This document shows, piece after piece, positions 60,251 to 64,000 of a DNA stretch of 64,000 nucleotides. Each line of letters opens with the position of its first letter. Position 1 is the stretch's first letter. The stretch lies in contig CM097882.1 in the NCBI GenBank assembly GCA_044892505.1, positions 25,978,001-26,042,000 of the forward strand, in the 5' to 3' direction. This DNA comes from Schmidtea nova. Its lineage: Eukaryota. The position numbers were made by a program, and so were the translations under genes. The notes below the pieces were generated by a model that did no database searches, had not been told where the DNA came from, and worked only from the letters and a program-made list of their open reading frames with translations.

Positions 60251-61043
60251 GATTTTAAGATTATTGCAAAGTTTAAGTAATTATTGGGAACAAGTAACTT
60301 GTAAGAGATTGTTGATAAAATTTTTATATCCAAATATTAATGCACAAAATGCTCATTCCACTTATATTTTCAATGTGCTTAAGTAACTGAGTGTTGCATG
60401 TTGTGAATTATGTTCTTTGTATAATTGTGTTGCTTTTTGAAATGTTTTCAGTAATTGAATTTTATGTTTTTAAAATATTTTTACATAGAAATTAATTTGA
60501 AAACTTTACTTTAAAATAATTTATTAATAAGGATGAATGTTTATACAATTAGAAGATGATTATTATTGATTAATTAGTTTTAAAATTTCGTATTTATTAT
60601 TTTTATTATCCTGATTGCTGGCCTGAAAAAGACTGATATTCGGTCGAAATACATAGCGTTATGTTAAATAAAATTAGTTGCCGTTTCTTAATTATTAAAT
60701 GGTTATTATGTGTCTTTGATTAATTATTATTATTGATTAATTATATTATTTGGGTAAAATATTTCGCACAGACTTTACACACTTGATAAAGGCTGTGCCG
60801 AAATCTTGTGTACTTATTTAAAGAAATTTTGATCTATAGTCATCCATTATGGGAATTATTGATATTAATAATAAAAAAAGATCAAAGGTAGCTGTCAAGA
60901 GGTTACATATGGATCAGAATAAAGAGGAAAGATAGATAAAGAATTCGACAAAGTACGTGAGATAAAAATTTACCAAGTGTTTTAATTTTGTCAATTAAAT
61001 TTAGATTTTTCAATTTCTTGAAGTTATTATTTTAGTTCTAGAG

Positions 61044-61700
61044 CAGTGGTTCTTAGAGTTATGCATGCGACGGACTAGTGTTAATTTCTTTGAAGATCGA
61101 GGAACCTTATAAATCGACCTAAATTTATTTCGGTTTGGTTTCATATCCTCTAAAAATAAATATATTTTAAATATTGTGAATCATATTTTCCTGTGCAAGG
61201 TCTATTTTTTTGGAGCTTGTGTGTTTTGTTTAAACATGAAACCAGTTCCGAAATATCATCTTTTTTTCTTTTCTATGAGTTTTTAGAGGGCGACACTCAT
61301 GCCGTTATTTTATATATAAAACCGTCCAGACGTGATCGCTTACGCTTGCTCATTTTTTAATGATTAAATTATTAAAAAACAATTGTTGTGTTATAATATT
61401 AAATTAATGTTAGAAATTTAAAAATCTTCACCCAGTCTGATCAGTGTTTACTTGATTATCGCTCCAAATAAATAAAACTGACGTCAGCAATAAACGTAGT
61501 AAATTCAGAATTACATTTATTCGGAATTTACTAAGTTTGTGACTGCCTTCAGTTTCATGTTTGAATGCGCCATTTGGTATGTTAAAAAAAGTTAATAATT
61601 TAACCATTTCAACTAAAAAATTTGAAAATTAAAATTAATTTTTGACTCTTCCACGGACTGATGAAAAGTACTCCCGGGACTCCTACTTTAAGAAGCACTA
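61044..61700. mobile_element. hAT (Charlie-like) MITE, 657 bp
   Basis: CAGTGGTTCTTA / TAAGAAGCACTA termini; TSD TTCTAGAG / TTCTATAG (7/8), matching the NTCTAGAN preference. Confidence 0.75.
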
Positions 61701-62159
61701 TTCTATAGTTTATTTTAAAATATTTATTTATATTCAATGGCATTTTGTTTATTTATGTCATTCTAATTTATGATATATTACATATTAAATGGTAGATTCT
61801 GCAAATCAAAGTTTTTAGCCAGGCTCAGACTTTTTGAAAGTATGGTGATTTCTTGGTAACAGAATAAATTAATGCGTTAGATAATAATTAAATAACAAAA
61901 TAAGCCTTTGTGAAAATTTTTTATTAAGTGAAAAATTTCGATTATAAAATAATCGTTATTAATCAAAATATAACTGGAATCTTCATCATGAATTGCTATT
62001 TCTTTCTCGTGAATTATCTCCTTTTTTATTGGATGTAAATCTAGTTAACATAAATTTTAAATTTTAAAATTTCTTTAGTTAAAAACTTAATATAAACTTA
62101 AAAATTTTAAATATTTTATAATAAATATAAAATTTCTATTTTTTAAAAAAAAATAATCT

Positions 62160-63165
62160 TTTTAATTTCAAAGTAAAAAGACAGAAATCATCACTGGACT
62201 TCTCGCAAACACCTACTTCACATTTGAACAGAAGTATCCCAAAGTGAAAGGCCTGTTAATGGGCTCTAACATATCAGCCATACTAGTAATTATATTCATG
62301 GACTATCTCGAACAACAAACAGTTATAATTATAAAAAATACGTACGCTATGTAGATGATATCTTTGTCACGACCAATAGCAAAAAGGAAGCGGAAGAAAT
62401 ATTTCATATTTTCAATGCTGCACACAATGACATAAAATTTGAGATTGAATACCCGAAAAAAGACGGATCCCTCAAACTATTCGATTTGAGAATAAAAATA
62501 AATTTAGACACACAAACATAAGGATTCTACAAAAAATCAGCGCACAAAGAAATATTTATGCACCAAAGATCAGCACTTCCTCATATACAGAAAGCATACG
62601 TCATTAGAAATGAGAGACAAAGTATAACTTATCGATGCACGAAAGAAGAGGACAATTATGCACAACAAACAATATTTAATGAAGTCCTGCATCGGTAATA
62701 CATACCATAATAGTAACGACATTAACAAAATGAAATTCCATCCGAGAAGGCAGAAAGATTTACAAAAGAAAAAACATTTATACCTTTAAATTTCTTTCAT
62801 TAATGACCGGATAAATTTTATGATCATCAAAGAACTTAATCTCACTGATCTTACAATTTGTTTGGTATATAGATCTATAACATTGAGGCAAGTGTTGTCT
62901 AACAACCCGAAAAAAGAAAATAATTATAAGATGGAAAATTGCCAAACACCAAAGAAAATATGCTTCCACAAGAATATAGTCTATAGCATCATGTGTAATA
63001 AATGCGAAGAAATCTACATTGGAAACATCCTTCGGACTTTGCATCAGAGAATTAAAGAACATCTTGATCCTGGTGGAAGTCATATGTATATAGACATCTT
63101 CACCAATATCAGAATAATAAAAGAATTTAACATTAGTAAGAATATTAACAAGCGAAAACGATGAA
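62160..63165 (+). mobile_element. Second Penelope-like RT + GIY-YIG remnant
   Basis: GLLMGSNIS, YVDDIF, IKFEIE and IVYSIMCNKCEEIYIG...QRIKEH. Confidence 0.85.
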
Positions 63166-64000
63166 AAAAAATCGCCCACTTACTACCTTGTTAAAAAAAG
63201 ATTTTTGTTCTACAAAGGAGAAAAAGAAAAAGGAAAGAATGGAAAAACCGAAAATACAGAAAATATATGGGCATTTCAAAGAGATAAATTTTTCAAATCT
63301 AATCAAATTATTTTTAAAATTTAAATATAAAGGGTTAAAAAAATGAAAAAAAAATATAAAATTAGCTAAAAAGATTTTAATTTTAAAAAAATAAAAAATA
63401 ATTGTACTGCTTTGAAATTGATAAGACTTTTTAAAAAAGTAGAAGATTTATATTTATTAAAAAATTATAAGGTTTGTACTTTTAATTTTAAATCTTTAAC
63501 TGAATAAATTTTTAAATTTAAAATTTATATTAATCAGATTTACATATGTTTGGGTCGTGCTTAAATAAGCATGAAATAAAATAAAAACCAAAAAAACTAT
63601 GTGAAAATCAATGAAAAAACACAAAATCAAAAAAAGTGATAATTAAAGTTCAAAAAATAATTAATACTTGGAAAAATTAAAAGTAAAGATTTAATGGGGA
63701 AACGGGTAATAGGACAATTTGATTTTTTTGTTTAGAGAACCTCAAAAGCAATTATCGGAAATGAAATTAAAGGGACAGAGTGAAGTGACGAAGTCACTAT
63801 AAAAATCAGAGTGAGATGCCAGATTTGTCAGTGTGTCGAGGAGAAATTTTATAATTTGAACGTTGAGCTAACGAGTTAGAAGCGATAGAAAGAAATTTTA
63901 AGAAAAAACCAAAGGTTAGAATCCAGATTAACTCTAGCGTACCAGAAAGGGAGATTTCCCATTGGGTTACCACTCTAATGTTATAAAATGTTACATAAGA

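Overview
AT-rich eukaryotic genomic DNA. A planarian flatworm is my inference from ~50-bp mini-introns, an NF-F-IY-type orphan GPCR and the NeSL/R5-like, Maverick and Penelope content; it is not proven. Host genes: an 11-exon COG5 (9507-32223, +), an intronless rhodopsin-family GPCR (36825-38039, +) and the last exon of an EGF-TSP1-TM gene (57840-58344, -). Most of the rest is nested mobile DNA. This includes a near-complete NeSL/R5-like non-LTR retrotransposon (zinc fingers, Ulp1-like domain, RT, REL endonuclease, poly-A) and a Merlin, a mariner, hAT, pogo, Tc1, gypsy and Penelope remnants. There is also a 3.57-kb internally deleted Maverick/Polinton with TIRs and a perfect 6-bp TSD inside COG5 intron 9, and a ~9.5-kb Maverick-derived palindrome. 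Best candidates for new biology: (1) a two-repeat TATA-binding-protein-like gene carried by the Maverick, with a second diverged copy at 41.2-41.3 kb; (2) an IAP-type RING ORF plus two hairpin arrays and an LTR-like unit carrying three mini-introns just upstream of COG5; (3) a single UGA in a CAA-UGA-CUAG readthrough context, at a conserved Trp, splitting an otherwise continuous retrotransposon frame with a catalytically dead Ulp1-like domain. All homology calls come from motif recognition by eye; no database search was run.
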